DNA of 64,000 nucleotides from Amphiscolops sp. MND2022 (Eukaryota): NCBI GenBank assembly GCA_964187785.1, contig OZ076409.1, positions 87,794,001 to 87,858,000 of the forward strand, read 5' to 3'. Shown piece by piece: positions 45,632 to 58,029 of this stretch (position 1 is its first letter; each line of letters starts with the position of its first letter). The notes under the pieces were generated by a model. It saw only the letters and a program-made list of their open reading frames with translations, ran no database searches and was not told where the DNA came from. The position numbers and the translations under genes were made by a program.

Positions 45632-48433
45632 CTGACAAAAAGAGTTGAAGCAATTCGAACTTAATACTGTTTAGTCCGTCATCACCAGCACTGATCAATC
45701 ATCCATTGATCAGTTTTATTTATACATATGTTGTTTTATTTATCACTACTCTTCATAATCAAAGTTTATCGGTGCTAATTATTTCCAAATCATTAAAATT
45801 TCTTCAATTGGTCTCAGTGCAAGTTAAATGATCAATGCAATCGATTTGGGGTTGCTTGAACCTGCGCGTGTGATTCCTCAATCTTCTCAGCAGTTGGTGA
45901 ATTTTTCAAGGGTGTGGGTCCTTAAGATATGTTTCCACTCACAGTTACTGAACGCGGTGCTTTTGGTCGTTTTTTCCAGTCAAAAATACACGTTATTAGC
46001 TTCATAGTATTCATTCTGGCTTATCAACTTATTAATTGGTATTTTAAATATCAAGTAGTTAGATAAATGTTCAAGATTTTTTTTATTCAATACAAATTTT
46101 TGACAATACATTTCATGATTCCCAGTGAGCTTTACAGAATTGTTATGGTGCAGTATTATGGCCGAAATATTGACCGGCTATAAATGGCATAACTGAATAT
46201 ACGTAAGGGATCCTTTGTCTTTCATGGTTGTAACCGCTAATTTCACATTCGATAATCAGGTTTAACAAGACGCCCGCTGAGCAGCATGATATTTCCGCCC
46301 AAAACTGTTCTACAACTACATGAATTAGCCTATGCACTCAAAAACGCAAAGAAGTTCGAAGAAAAAGATTTGATTCATCTTAGCACATTTTCAAAGGAAA
46401 CACCCAATTTATTTTTTCTGCAATAGCGATTTTTAATTTTTGAGGTTTTCTGTAAATGAAGCAAGCAAGTTTCTCGAGTCTTGAGGGTGAACTCTTTGTT
46501 ACTTTTTATCCTGTGGAACTGATGAGTTCTCCTAATGATCATGGAAAATACCACTTCAGTTTTTTTTCGGCTCTGTGCGTCTTTCCGAAACTTTCATTTG
46601 ATCGAAGGATACCCCATTGATTTCATAAATGATTTCAGCTTGAGAAAAGTAGTTTTGCGAGCTGAACTTTTTTGCCGTCATGGGACTTTTTCGAAAAAAT
46701 CAAAAATTTTCGACAACTTCGGGTTAATTTGATTTCAATTTTTGGGGTCATTCTCAGGTTTTCTTCCTACGTGGGAAACTGCGAGAACTTATTCCTTTGG
46801 AAGATGTACTGTGGTGATTTTGCTTGGAGCTTATTGGATATTAAATGTTTGACGAATAGCGTCGAAAAAGATTTTTAAGTTTTCAAATAAAGTTTTCGGA
46901 AGTTGTGCAAATAAACTTGTCTGATATCTTTTCGAGATACTACCGGTAGCTACACGTGTCAACCTTGAGCCTATGGGTCTTCTGGTTGTCCCAGAAAAGG
47001 TCCAAAATTTGGACTACGCTGTCGAAAGTTCGGAACTTTGGCACCTTTGTTGTAAACTCGAATTTCATCTTACTTTTTTCCCGAATTGTGTTTTGAATAC
47101 CCAATCGTTTGAACGTTCAGGTCAATCGAAGTTCTATTCCACAAAAACTTTCGTTGTTCGAGCAAAAAAATTGGGATTATTTTGTCATAAAACCTGCTTT
47201 TCTCGTTTTGTGTATTTTGAGTGTTTTTACTCCAACAATAATGTAATTCCAACAAGAAAATGCTGGAACTTCAATCTAAACGCTGCTATGTTCTCTTGAA
47301 AAATTGTACTGCGTAGCTGGCTCGTTCATTTTCGATTGTGATGGAACATGAAATCTCTCGGAAATCGTACAGAAATTGCATCAACAACGACAAACTAAAT
47401 CTCACTGAAACAACGAGGCTCCATTGTTTAGGGGTTTCAACGTTCTACTCCACGAAGTCTGTCGATAATTTGACAAAAATTGAATAAAACATCGAAAATG
47501 GGGAACTTTTAGTTTTTTTGTCATTTTCGGTGTCAGATTGAGAATTTTTCATTTAGAAAACAGCAATTATATCTTCAGAAAAGCCTATTGGACAACGAAT
47601 TCGTGCCATATTAAGCCTTTTCAACATTCTAATTCACGAAATCCATCATAGAAAATTCGGCAAAAATTGCATAAAATTGTTAGAAATTGGACTTTGTTAT
47701 TTTCGGGGTCATTCCCAAAAAGCTGCAAAAATCTTTACAATTACATATCGCACGAAGCTAAATTTATATGAGTTAGATTCTATGGGTAACACCCTCGAAG
47801 TTGAATATAAATTTGGTGCTTGGCAAATGGTAAAAAAACCGTTTGATTTAGATATTTTCCTTTTATGGAATATGGGCGGAAAATGAAAAACGTTGCTTCC
47901 TTCGGTTGATTTGCAACCACGTCAAGAAGAAACTTTCTCGGAACAATGTGTCTGGAGTGATTGTTCTGTGCAGTGTTGAGAAGTGCTAATTAGAAACGGT
48001 TTACGCTAAATCAATTCACTAATAAACTCGTCCTGCTCCGCTAATTAGCTGTGTCATAGTCCTGGTCTCTTTAGTCTCATACTGTAGCATACATCATCCG
48101 AAAATTATCTGCAGTATATGCCAATCCGATGAAATTTACAAAATTTATGCTTCAGATTTCTGCGGTTCTAGGAGTTTTTTTAATGTTTCCAAGATGCATC
48201 TAGAGGACCACCGGTTATAACGAAAAGAATCAGGAACGAGGTCAGTAAGCTTTACAGTGTCAGTGAATAATACAAAAAGATAAATAGGTGTTTACCTTGT
48301 TTTTATCTGATATCCTAATGAAAGATAACAGTAATTTTGGTGTTAAAATTTTGTTATCTTGGTGTTTGGTATTAAAATTTTGGTTTTGGTAAAATTTTGA
48401 CACTTCTGCTGCTCTTGAGATTTGTCGAAGGCA

Positions 48434-48643
48434 TGATTCTACGTCATTACGCCCAATAATTTGACCTTCGTCAAAACCAGCCGCTAGACCGGTAATGGCA
48501 CGTCACTTCGCTCCTGTGTTTAGGCCACTAGAGGTATGTGATTGCGGCAGATCACGATTGCCTTCTTTGGATCTTATTTACTTTCACCGTTTTTGGACAT
48601 TATTTACCGTCCCCATAATTATTGGGCGTAATGTGCGGACACC
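48434..48643. mobile_element. About 210-bp MITE
   Basis: Perfect 17-bp inverted repeat CATTACGCCCAATAATT (48445-48461 and 48617-48633); centre similar to 22912-22966; outer ends approximate. Confidence 0.7.
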
Positions 48644-49117
48644 TTTTTCTGAATTTCGACCTTTCTCTGAGTATTTTTTTCAAAATCGAATGTCTACTAG
48701 AATGTCAGTCATGGCAATCTCGCCAAAATGCCAACTTTTGATGCAACTGACCAAAATTATCTCTTCATATTAAGATGCAGAACGCTTGTTGTAGTATACC
48801 TGATAATCATTCAATAATAAAGTTGGAGGTTTAACCTAGCGAGTTTGGTATTCCAATGTGTCTTTCTAAATTTGTATGTTTATTTCTCAGTTTATATTGT
48901 GGAAAATATTAGTTCGTCTGAAAATTTTCTGTCGTCCTTTGGCCACTTCTAATCAAGTTTCGGGGAGCCAATCGGAAATGCAGTGCATTTTTGGTAAATA
49001 TTACAGATTGAAAGTGTGGCGAAGCATATCTGCCTACCATTTCCGATGACATCTGTATTTTTCGTGTTAATCCAAAATTTGTTCTATAATGATTTTTGAG
49101 TTTTTTTCAGAGCAGAG

Positions 49118-49582
49118 ATGTCATGTCGTTTCTGTGAAAAACTTCTCTTTCGAGGTGCTTTGTCTCATTCCAGAAGTATTCTATCCCACCGTACTCTTCA
49201 AAGTCCCGGAATAACACCGACCAAAATTTTGCCCCCCAAACGGATTTCTATTGTGGGCGATGTTCTTGAAAGACCAGAGACCTTTGCTCCTGCTGGTAAC
49301 AACATGGATTTTCAGAAGACTGGTGCCTTTCTTCAAACTTTAACAGACAGTGTTTCGAAGTGGAAAATCCAAGAAACGGTCGATTGGAAAGATCAAGATG
49401 TAATTGATAGCAATTTGAACAAACACATAAACGAAGCTTCGGAAATGAAATTACCAACTACTGAAGTTAACCGTGGGGAGAAATTAGCCCGAATTGGAGG
49501 CAAATATAAACGGCCAGCATTTACCAGAGAACGAATTATGAAGCGTCACAGAAAGAAAAGACTCCGAAAGAATCGTTACCAG
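49118..49582 (+). CDS. Probable mitochondrial ribosomal protein mS38 (AURKAIP1/COX24-like), coding exon 1 of 2
   Basis: Arg/Ser/Leu-rich presequence-like N-terminus; basic motif RERIMKRHRKKRLRKNRY resembling the RRxKMxxHKxKK mS38 motif; CAG/GTACAT donor, phase 0. Confidence 0.6.
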
Positions 49583-50489
49583 GTACATTTTTGGCTTGAT
49601 TTCTAAGTGAAAAATGCCAAACGTTGCCTGTTTTTTTTTTCGCTGAATTTGTTTTCGTGTTGGAAAAGTTAAGTAATCTCTGAATTTTTCATGTAACAGT
49701 GATCTGGCGTTGCATTCATTTTCATGAAACTTTCTTCAGCGCCTTCTAATATTGAATTTTCTATAACTATCTACTTCCATGTAATTAAATACTACCATTT
49801 TCTCGTGAACTGTAAATTCTGCATTCGTGTTTTGGTGTGCACAATTTTTTAACGATGCTCACCAAAATTATGTGTGAAAATGAGAAACCTTTGGATCCCT
49901 TTCTCATACACCCTTATTTTTCATCAAATATTCAAAGAGCTATCCTTTGACCGCCGCTTTGATACCTCTTTAGAGCATAGGCGAAGAGTAGAACTTATGT
50001 TGGTTGATTTTGGTCGCTTCGAGCGGATTGGGAAATGATGAAAACGAAAGAAAAGCCAATGAAATTGTCGGTTTATGCTTCATAAAGCAACAATCAAAAT
50101 GATATAATTCGTTTAGAAAGCTCATTCAACAAATGAACACCCCGCAAATATCTTGCTTGTGGGAGATATTTTTAATTACTGCTGCTGGCTATTCGTATAA
50201 GTTTCTGCGGCGTCGGCAAGATGAAAAAAATTTAAAACATTTTTGAGAAACACTAAGTTTGGTGATGACATGGTTTGGTCGTTTTTTTCTATTTCCCTTG
50301 AGATCTGCTTTGATTTCATTTTTCTTTCGTTTCATTTTAGTATTTTTTTATTCTTTAAAAACGAATAGGCACCGTATGTATCGAACCTCGCGTTAGAATG
50401 ATAGAAGCAGACGAAAAAATATATAACGCTGTTTCAAATAAATTTCGGCCAAATTTAAAAGTAGCGATTTGATTTGTCCATTTTTGCAG

Positions 50490-50798
50490 ATAAAGCAGCA
50501 AGAAATGTTGAAAGAGCAGCAGAAGATTCGCGAGTGGATGATGAAATTCGACCTAGTGCGTGCAGAGGAAGTTAAAGTGAGGAATGAGGCTGAACAACTC
50601 AAAGACATGCAGCGTGAAATCGTGAACAAAATCCAGGATATCATGAAGCGAAAGCCCAATATTGTCCAAAGGATTGAACAAACTGAGGGTGAGCAGTCAT
50701 TCCGTGAGGAACTGAAAGTTTTAAACACTGTCGAGAAAACTGCTTCCAAAGAAGAACTCATCATTAAAGATATCTATAGAAAGTCTAGATCACGCTGA
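50490..50798 (+). CDS. Exon 2 of the mS38-like gene (charged helical C-terminus); spliced product 257 aa
   Basis: TTTTTGCAG acceptor in phase 0; IKQQEMLKEQQKIREW...; AATAAA about 55 bp after the stop. Confidence 0.65.
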   Translation: MKQQEMLKEQQKIREWMMKFDLVRAEEVKVRNEAEQLKDMQREIVNKIQDIMKRKPNIVQRIEQTEGEQSFREELKVLNTVEKTASKEELIIKDIYRKSRSR

Positions 50799-52180
50799 TT
50801 TTTTCACATTCTTTATACTATTTACATTTAATTCAACAGTGCTCCCTTGGTAAATAAATTCATTTTTTTAAAAATGTTGCTAGTTTTTTCTAGCGCATTT
50901 TTTCGCCAAAACTATTGCATTTTGGTCTGTTTTTTGGGAGTGTTCACAAAAACTTGGGTTTTCGGATATGTATATTTTTATGCAATGTCGAATTCTGTTC
51001 CTTGTTTGATATCAAGCTTTTATTCGAAGTGGTCCTGTGGGAAGTTTATATTTGAAAGCTACTAGGTACAATTGATAGTAGCCGCTTGATATTATGTATT
51101 AATACATAACAGTAGAGTTTTGACATCGCTATTTTTTTCGCTAATCTCTAAACCGCTAATTTCAAGATCGCTATTTCGCTGAAAAACTTTTTCTTCAAAC
51201 TAATAAATGTTTGAACTCAATGTTTCAAAATTCAATTGATAGTTATGAATATTTTACAATTTTCGAAAACTTTGTGACCCAATTCGTCAGTAACCTCAAT
51301 CATACAAGAAGTGAACAAATGAGAAACAGTCTGTTCAAGAGAGTAGTACCTCTGTGAAACGTTTTGCCTGATAAAAAAAGTGGAAATCAAACGTATGATA
51401 CACTGAAGAAGAGACTAAAGAAATATTTTACTGAGAAATTCATAAGTCAAGTTGATAGACCGCAATATAGCCGGAAATGTTGGAGTGAGTATCGGTTTAA
51501 ATAATAATTTGAATAAGTAATTTACAATAATCGTCATTATTATCATTAATTTGAATTTTAAACTGCCCTCGTATATGTGAAATCTTTTGTATTTTATCAT
51601 AATGTGAGGAAATTCAGTGTTTTTTTTAATTGTAAAAATTTTATGGGCGAAAATCTAAGGAAATGTTTAAAATATCCGCAAGACGACCAGACCCCCTCTC
51701 ACGTTATAAAACCTAAAACTCAACTCATTGGTTTATACTGAAACACTTTAATAATTCTCAAAACATTTTAACATTTTATTTTACTCTATTTTGATCGTCA
51801 CATAGTCACATAAATTCATAAAACCAGCTACAAATTTATGCTAATTTTCATATTTTTCACATAATTTTACGACTGTTGGGGGGTTGGGGGGTTGTTCGGA
51901 AAAAGTTCCAAAAACTAAATTTTCTTATTACATGCACGATATAGATTTTCATGATGCATACATAATTGGTCGTCGGTGCTTTTTTAGAAAGTGCAGACTA
52001 TAATACTGACTATTTTCAAGACCAAGGAACTGACAGATTTTATGGCATACTTCATTCTGTTTCCTGTAGTCGCAGGGTGCATGGAAACCCCCTTTGGATA
52101 TTTTTGCTACTGTGCGGTTTGAGATTTTTCTCATTGTCCCTGAGCATGTTTTGCTCAGATTTAAGCGGTGTGCCGGCTTG

Positions 52181-52236
52181 AGTCGTTGCTGGCTTCTTCG
52201 TCAGTCGTTGCTGGCTTCTTCGTCAGTCGTTGCTGG
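52181..52236. repeat. 22-bp tandem repeat, about 2.5 copies
   Basis: AGTCGTTGCTGGCTTCTTCGTC at 52181 and 52203, partial at 52225. Confidence 0.9.
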
Positions 52237-52740
52237 TTTTTATTTTATCAGTACCTTGAAATGCGTAAATTAAAATTAAATGGAAAATTTTATGGTGGGA
52301 ATTTTTTTGATCGTTTTAAATTCTGATGTACCGGTTGCATTTGAAGGGATCAGCGGTAAATGCCCCTTCATGGAAAAATTTCCCGCCTGAAAAACACTTA
52401 ATTATCTTTTTGATCTTAAGATCTCACGGCTCATTTAATGGGATCATAAAAGTTCGTTGGTCGCCCCGAGGTGTTAATAGTTTTACCCCCTAACTCCGTC
52501 ATCACTTTAGAAGGTAGAAAATACTGCCGATTTGAGTTTCGCTATTAATTTGCAACCAGCATATTTTGAGTCCACTTTCAAAGCATTTGCGTTTGTTTCT
52601 TGTTTAACACCTCTTCAAAAGCGCTTTACAGTTGTCTGGAGTTTTGCAACGAGTTGGTAATATTAAATTCTTACCATTTAAATATTTTATCGCTTTACAT
52701 CAAGCTCAGCAATAATCAAGAAAACGGTTAATTTGCCCAA

Positions 52741-52941
52741 ATGGAGAAAACAATCCTTGTTAATACTTCATCTAATAGGGCCATCGAAAATTCATCTCTC
52801 CACACTGATACTATCGTCCATGCAACACCGCCACAATTGGAGCAACTTCAAGAGAGGATTCAAGAGGAAGGTACTGTCACAAAGAGAAGTGAGCCGGAAT
52901 TGAAACAACGCAAAAGTAGAACCAATTATTCCCCACGTCAG
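52741..52941 (+). CDS. PRD-class (Q50) homeobox gene, exon 1 of 4
   Basis: Ends LKQRKSRTNYSPRQ (homeodomain N-terminal arm); CAG/GTATTT donor, phase 0; start codon less certain. Confidence 0.8.
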
Positions 52942-53134
52942 GTATTTATTTTTCCATTTACCTGAAGAGTTTCATTTTCTTCTCAACGAAATATTGATTG
53001 CACTGCACAAAAGTACTAAAAGGTTTTTTTTACTCTAACAAGATGAAGAATAATCAATTTATTGTCGTATTTGAAAAACAAGCTCATTCATTGTTCTCAA
53101 TATTCGCTTTTAAGTCGTTTTTTTGTTTTCACAG

Positions 53135-53239
53135 GTCGAGTTGCTTGAGTTTGCGTACTCAGAACATGCCAAATATCCGCCTGTACAAGTGAGAGAAATT
53201 CTAGCAAACTCCATGGATTTGAAAGAAGCCCAAGTTCGG
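53135..53239 (+). CDS. Homeobox exon 2 (helices 1-2 and start of helix 3)
   Basis: ACAG acceptor; VELLEFAYSEHAKYPPVQVREILANSMDLKEAQVR; GTAAGT donor; absent from the ORF track. Confidence 0.9.
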
Positions 53240-53558
53240 GTAAGTTTGGTAGTACTCTAAATTTGGACAAAACCGGTTGCTACCTGAACTACTACTGAAT
53301 TTTGGAATACTATGAATGAAATTAATGCATCTATGCACACCCAATTCGCTCACTTCATAAAACACCTGCCGAACACCAGGGACCAAATATTTTAGCAACA
53401 ACGTTCTTTAATTTATTCTTCATGATGTCTCTTTAACGTTTCTTTATTTCAATGAAAGTTGAAGAATTTGACGTTGGACGTTTTTTGTCATTTGATTTTC
53501 CCTCACATTATAAGCATAGAAAATTATTGATTTGCGAATTAATACTCGATATTTTCAG

Positions 53559-54043
53559 GTGTGGTTCCAAAACAGAAGAGCCAAGGACAAGCGAAACAGC
53601 ACTGCGCCATCTCTACCAACTGTTGCCCGAAATATGGGCCCTCTAGTGGGTACTACCGCATCTATGCCTGTCTCAACAGGTCACGTGAATTTCACAACCG
53701 CCCAAGTGATGTTTCCGAACGTTCCCCAAATGATGCAATCTTGTCCTCCCTCTAGCAACAGAATTACCCCGGGCCCTACTTCAGCTGGAGTCGGTGCTAA
53801 ACAGTGGTCCCAAATGGCACAGCAGCAACAGTCTAGTCTGACGCGTCCTAGTGAAATTATGATGAGTAGTAACCCTAATTCAGGATATCCTGGAGGAAGT
53901 GTCATTGCACCATCTCAGGCAGCTGCTCCCCCAACTACTCACACGGGACAGTACCCCCCTAACGTCAACCTCTTTCATCCAGTCAAACAAGAGTTCAATT
54001 CTGCCAGTCCGACCAATCCTATGCCACCAAGACAGTTTTTTGG
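53559..54043 (+). CDS. Homeobox exon 3
   Basis: TTTCAG acceptor; VWFQNRRAKDKR then a Pro/Gln/Ser-rich region; GTAAGT donor, phase 2. Confidence 0.92.
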
Positions 54044-54184
54044 GTAAGTTCTTTATTCGATCTAATCACAAGATAATCAGATATCTAACCAAAAGGAAGC
54101 TGAAAAAACTTACGTACTTTTTGTTTATGTAGTAGCGTATAAGTAAAGGTAGAATAATCATCTAATTTAGTTTTCCTGTTTCAG

Positions 54185-54539
54185 CCCAAGTTTCGGTCCT
54201 CCCAGTTACTGGCACCCTTTTCTGCAAACATCCCAAGCTCAACCAGGATTTAACATGATGTATAACAACAACTACAACCTTCCTCGCGGGCAGCATCCTC
54301 AGGGGACTCAATTTTTCAGCTCCAATCCCAACGAGACTGTGAACATTCCAGATGACGCCAACCTAGAGTTTCATCAGCCTCAAATGGCGTCGAACCCTAA
54401 TTTCATCAACGATTCAAATCAAACAATGTTCCAAAACTGCCCCACTGTAACTGTGGCGTCACAGCCACAAGCGACTACTGAAGCAGCGTCTGCCAATGAC
54501 TTAGGAGGCGTCAAAGGCTTGGGCGTTTCTCAGTTTTAA
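54185..54539 (+). CDS. Homeobox exon 4; spliced product 381 aa
   Basis: TTTCAG acceptor in phase 2; PSFGPPSYWHPF... continues in frame into the 54255 ORF to TAA. Confidence 0.85.
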
Positions 54540-54869
54540 TTAAGTAACAAACCCTACCCGCTTCAGATAATTCAATAAGTGTTCACAAAACAGCAAAAAG
54601 TAGGCAATGGCAGTAAATCAACGTGAAACTAATTGGCAATCATTTTCACTTGAAGCGGGGAATGGGATATATTTAGGAAAACCAATTCCTGGACGATCTA
54701 GATATAACTATTTATCTAGTGATGATTGCTTGTTAAACAAGATTTTTATTTTTCTTTATTGTAATTATAGTTTTTGAAGAAAGTTTTGTTTCTATTATAG
54801 AAGAAAGTTTTGTTTGTAAAAAGATAGCAGATTGGATGACTGGTTGGCCAATAGAATTGAGCCATTTCT

Positions 54870-55009
54870 TCAGAACCAATCAGATGAGTGGTAGAAACAA
54901 GTATAGCAACACATGTTTCGCATGAAGTACCCGTTCCAAGTTGTGAGGCTGTAGAAACAATTTCTGAAATCGTATTCTGAACACATGACATCACTGTCAC
55001 AGCATAGAC
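54870..55009 (-). CDS. Last exon of a Cys-rich gene: PLAC/ShK-like domain
   Basis: TTTTCAG acceptor, phase 1; GLCCDSDVMCSEYDFRNCFYSLTTWNGYFMRNMCCYTCFYHSSDWF-stop (C.D...C...C...CC.TC pattern). Confidence 0.8.
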
Positions 55010-55129
55010 CTGAAAACACTTTGATCCAGTTCAAATCATAGCATAAGAGCGGTTATATATTGCAGCAAAAACAGCTAGTCATGAATACCAAATAATAATT
55101 AATAATGGTAATTTTCAATTAAACAGTAA

Positions 55130-55425
55130 TGTATTTCTTCTGAAATGGGGCCTTGACCGAGTTTGTAATGCAATTTCGAAATCGGTCAATTTGAAGTTAT
55201 TCAGCGTCAGTATTGGTATAAATTTCAATCCATAATTGAAGTAAAAATGTAAAAAAATGCATAGATTATTTTAAAATGAAATACAAACCCAAATATGGAT
55301 CAGCGCAAGTAGTGTGAATTCTTCTAGGTGGATGATTCATAGTTTGATCGATTGACATGTTCGTTTCAGTTTCTGGAACAAACTGAATGTTAGAAAAGAA
55401 GGTAGAAAAAATAATTACCAACGAG
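55130..55425. repeat. About 295-bp direct repeat; second copy at 58727-59022
   Basis: Long colinear match (for example ATGATTCATAGTTTGATCGATTGACATGTTCGTTTCAGTTTCTGGAACAAA), roughly 90% identical by eye. Confidence 0.9.
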
Positions 55426-55435
55426 TGCCGCTTAC

Positions 55436-55540
55436 CACAATGTCCACATTTGTTTGGACAGTGAAGTGAAACTTCTGGCAGATGGCATTTCGATTTTCGG
55501 ACGTAATTGCACACGTAATCATCACCGTAGTCGCAGTCGC
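55436..55540 (-). CDS. ShKT-like domain exon (phase 1-1)
   Basis: TTTTTAG acceptor, GTAAG donor; DCDYGDDYVCNYVRKSKCHLPEVSLHCPNKCGHC has six Cys ending in CPxxCGxC. Confidence 0.85.
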
Positions 55541-55833
55541 CTAAAAATTATGGCAAAAATTTTGATTTCCACAACTTTTCAGTGAGCAATAAAACTAGCT
55601 TTCAGTTTTAAATTCGATAATTGTTAACCATATTGAAACGCGCGGAAATCAGTGAACGTTGAGTCGAAATAAAAATATTGGTCTGTTTGTGATGATCAGA
55701 GCATGATTTAAGTTTTTCGGTGATAATGAAAATAATTTTAGAAAAATTATTTTTCCACCCTGAAAACAAAAATAATTTTAGGCAATTGGACAACCCTGGT
55801 CGAACATAATACAAGAGCCTTAATTTTTTTTAC

Positions 55834-55912
55834 CTGGGCGGGGGCATTTAGGAGGACAGGAGCATGGTAGGTTTTCGCGTAGTTGTTTTTCTGTGCATTC
55901 ACAGAAACAACC
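55834..55912 (-). CDS. Cys/Pro-rich exon upstream of the ShKT exon
   Basis: TTTTTAG acceptor, CAG/GTAAAA donor in phase 1; GCFCECTEKQLRENLPCSCPPKCPRP. Confidence 0.7.
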
Positions 55913-56166
55913 CTAAAAATACATGGTTTAGTTGGTTAATCTTGTAAGAAATTATGCGCATTTTAAATCTTCAATTAATGTTCTATCACCGCCTAATGAA
56001 CTTATCTCGGCATTCAATCGATAAGAATATGAGTCGACTATAATGTCAAAAAACAGCATTTTGACTTGAACTAAGGTTGCTACTTGGGGTAAACTAAGGT
56101 TTAAGACAAAGAGCGTACTCTCATTGTCGAAAAATTTTAATACCAACGAAAAATTATTCAATTTAC

Positions 56167-56220
56167 TTCTCTTTGCCAGTTTGCATTCAGGTTAAAGATC
56201 ATCGAGAGATGTGTATATTT
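56167..56220 (-). CDS. Candidate 54-nt upstream exon of the Cys-rich gene
   Basis: TACAG acceptor, GTAAAT donor; KYTHLSMIFNLNANWQRE is phase-compatible with the next exon. Confidence 0.4.
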
Positions 56221-57357
56221 CTGTATATGAAAATTAAAAAGGTTCAAATGTTTACGCGCCCGGTTAGGCGATGAAGTTTTTTATCCAGTTTTGTTGAAAA
56301 TGATTGGTTACGTTGATCAACCAATAAGAATCTAGTATCCTCGCCTTGTGCACGTGTCAGATTCGATCTCTTGGGTGTGAATCAGAAATAAAATCGTAGC
56401 TCCAAAGTAAACGCTTTCATGGATTCAGAAAGTTGAAGAGTTCGAAGGAACAAAGATCCTTGTCCTCGACTGTGATTTCGTCCTCAAATGGGGACAACGA
56501 TTTTTTTCGCAATCAATAAAAAAATACGAAACGCAAAAAGAATGTAGGAAAACGAAACTTTGTCTGGGGTGAGTTGTTATTTGTGTCAATATAGCTTGTT
56601 TTCCGAGCCACCGGCAAGAAAGTAACTGTAAAAAAGTGAATTTGCAAAATTGTACCTTTCAGAGAAATAGCCTTTTCTCAATACCTGAGCAACTGGTGCT
56701 GTCCCACTCTACATTACAGCAGGTCACCATTGAAGACGCATATATAAGTTTTTTCAATGAAGATTCAGTTATGAGTTTGACCGGCATTTGAAAGACCCGG
56801 CGGTGCTAGTATGCCCAGCCTATCTAGTGTGCATTTGAAAGCTTAGGTAAAGGAGCAGCAAGCCGATTTGAGCTGCGACTATTATTCGTGAAGAAATTAG
56901 GCTTTGAAAAAATTTTGCCAAATAAATTTTTGTAAATTTTTTTACTTCTCAGTGTGCTGTCGAGGTTATAGTTAAACTTTGCATAACTTCGCGCTCTATT
57001 AGCCATTAGTCTAACCCTCTTTTGTATATAATATTTTAAAGTGGTATATACCAAAATATTTAACATCAACAAACGGAGTGAACCAATTGAAGTAGTATTT
57101 TGTCAAAACGAATCATAACATAAGAAAATCTTCCAGGAAACAATTTGCTACTCAAATCCATTGTATCTGCAAAAATTCAAGTATCAGTTGAATCAGATGT
57201 GTAATCGTGAAGATAAGTATCTATTTAAGCGGAAGCCTTCCAAATTTGATCAATTTACAAAAGTCAGACCCAGTCATGAAAATATGCAAGCATTTTAAGT
57301 ATACATACTTGATGAAATAGTACCAACAAAATTACAATCTGTACGTATAGATAAACG

Positions 57358-57720
57358 TTTTTAGTCGATGCATTTGCGCGACTAATACAGTGGAAAAGTT
57401 TTTCTTTTGTCACATAATGTATGCGCTGTGGACACTTTTTACACAACTACTAAACTACTGGACCGGCAAACGGAAACGCATCTAAGTTGGTGCAAAGGAT
57501 CACCCTTTCATTTATTCCATTTTTAACGTAATACAACGTAAAGCCGGACGAGACAATAGGGACCCCATTCCAATTTTTTTTGACACTGTGTGACTTTTTT
57601 TCGATTTTTTGTCACCGAAGGGTCACCCCTTCGAATTGTTTGATATTTTACAACAAACTGGTCTCCCCTTTTACATTTTTTGACACTATCAGACTGTTTC
57701 GAATTTTTTACTTCTGAAGT
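57358..57720 (+). mobile_element. HINE family A, diverged partial copy
   Basis: TTTTTAGTCGATG...CGACTAATACAGTGG start and CGGACGAGAA/GACACTGTG-type internal motifs as in 31564-32100. Confidence 0.6.
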
Positions 57721-58029
57721 CAAGTTTTCTAAATATATACACACACGATTGACGTGAAATCAAGAGTAAAGCGCTATATCCGAACTTTTGACGTTATATC
57801 CGAAGTGATTTGCGTTTTACTGAGGAGAAGGCGTATGATTGAAAAAAGCGCTCGCATTTGTTTCAGCTCGCTATATCCGAACTTCTGAAGCGTTTTCCGA
57901 GCACAAAAGGCACCCTTACGGTGTTTCGAAACTGAGATTTTTTCATTGAAAAAGCGTTCTGAGCATATGAATACCAAATAATGTTTCAAATACCAAATCA
58001 TGCTAGGCATGAATACCAAATAATGATCA

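Noticed and set aside
48129..48246. Signal-peptide-like frame MKFTKFMLQISAVLGVFLMF followed by a GTCAGT donor
   Set aside because: In-frame TAG after 24 codons and no downstream exon found.
54746..55000. 84-aa minus-strand ORF MTVMSCVQ...
   Set aside because: A different frame of the same DNA gives the splice-compatible PLAC-like exon.
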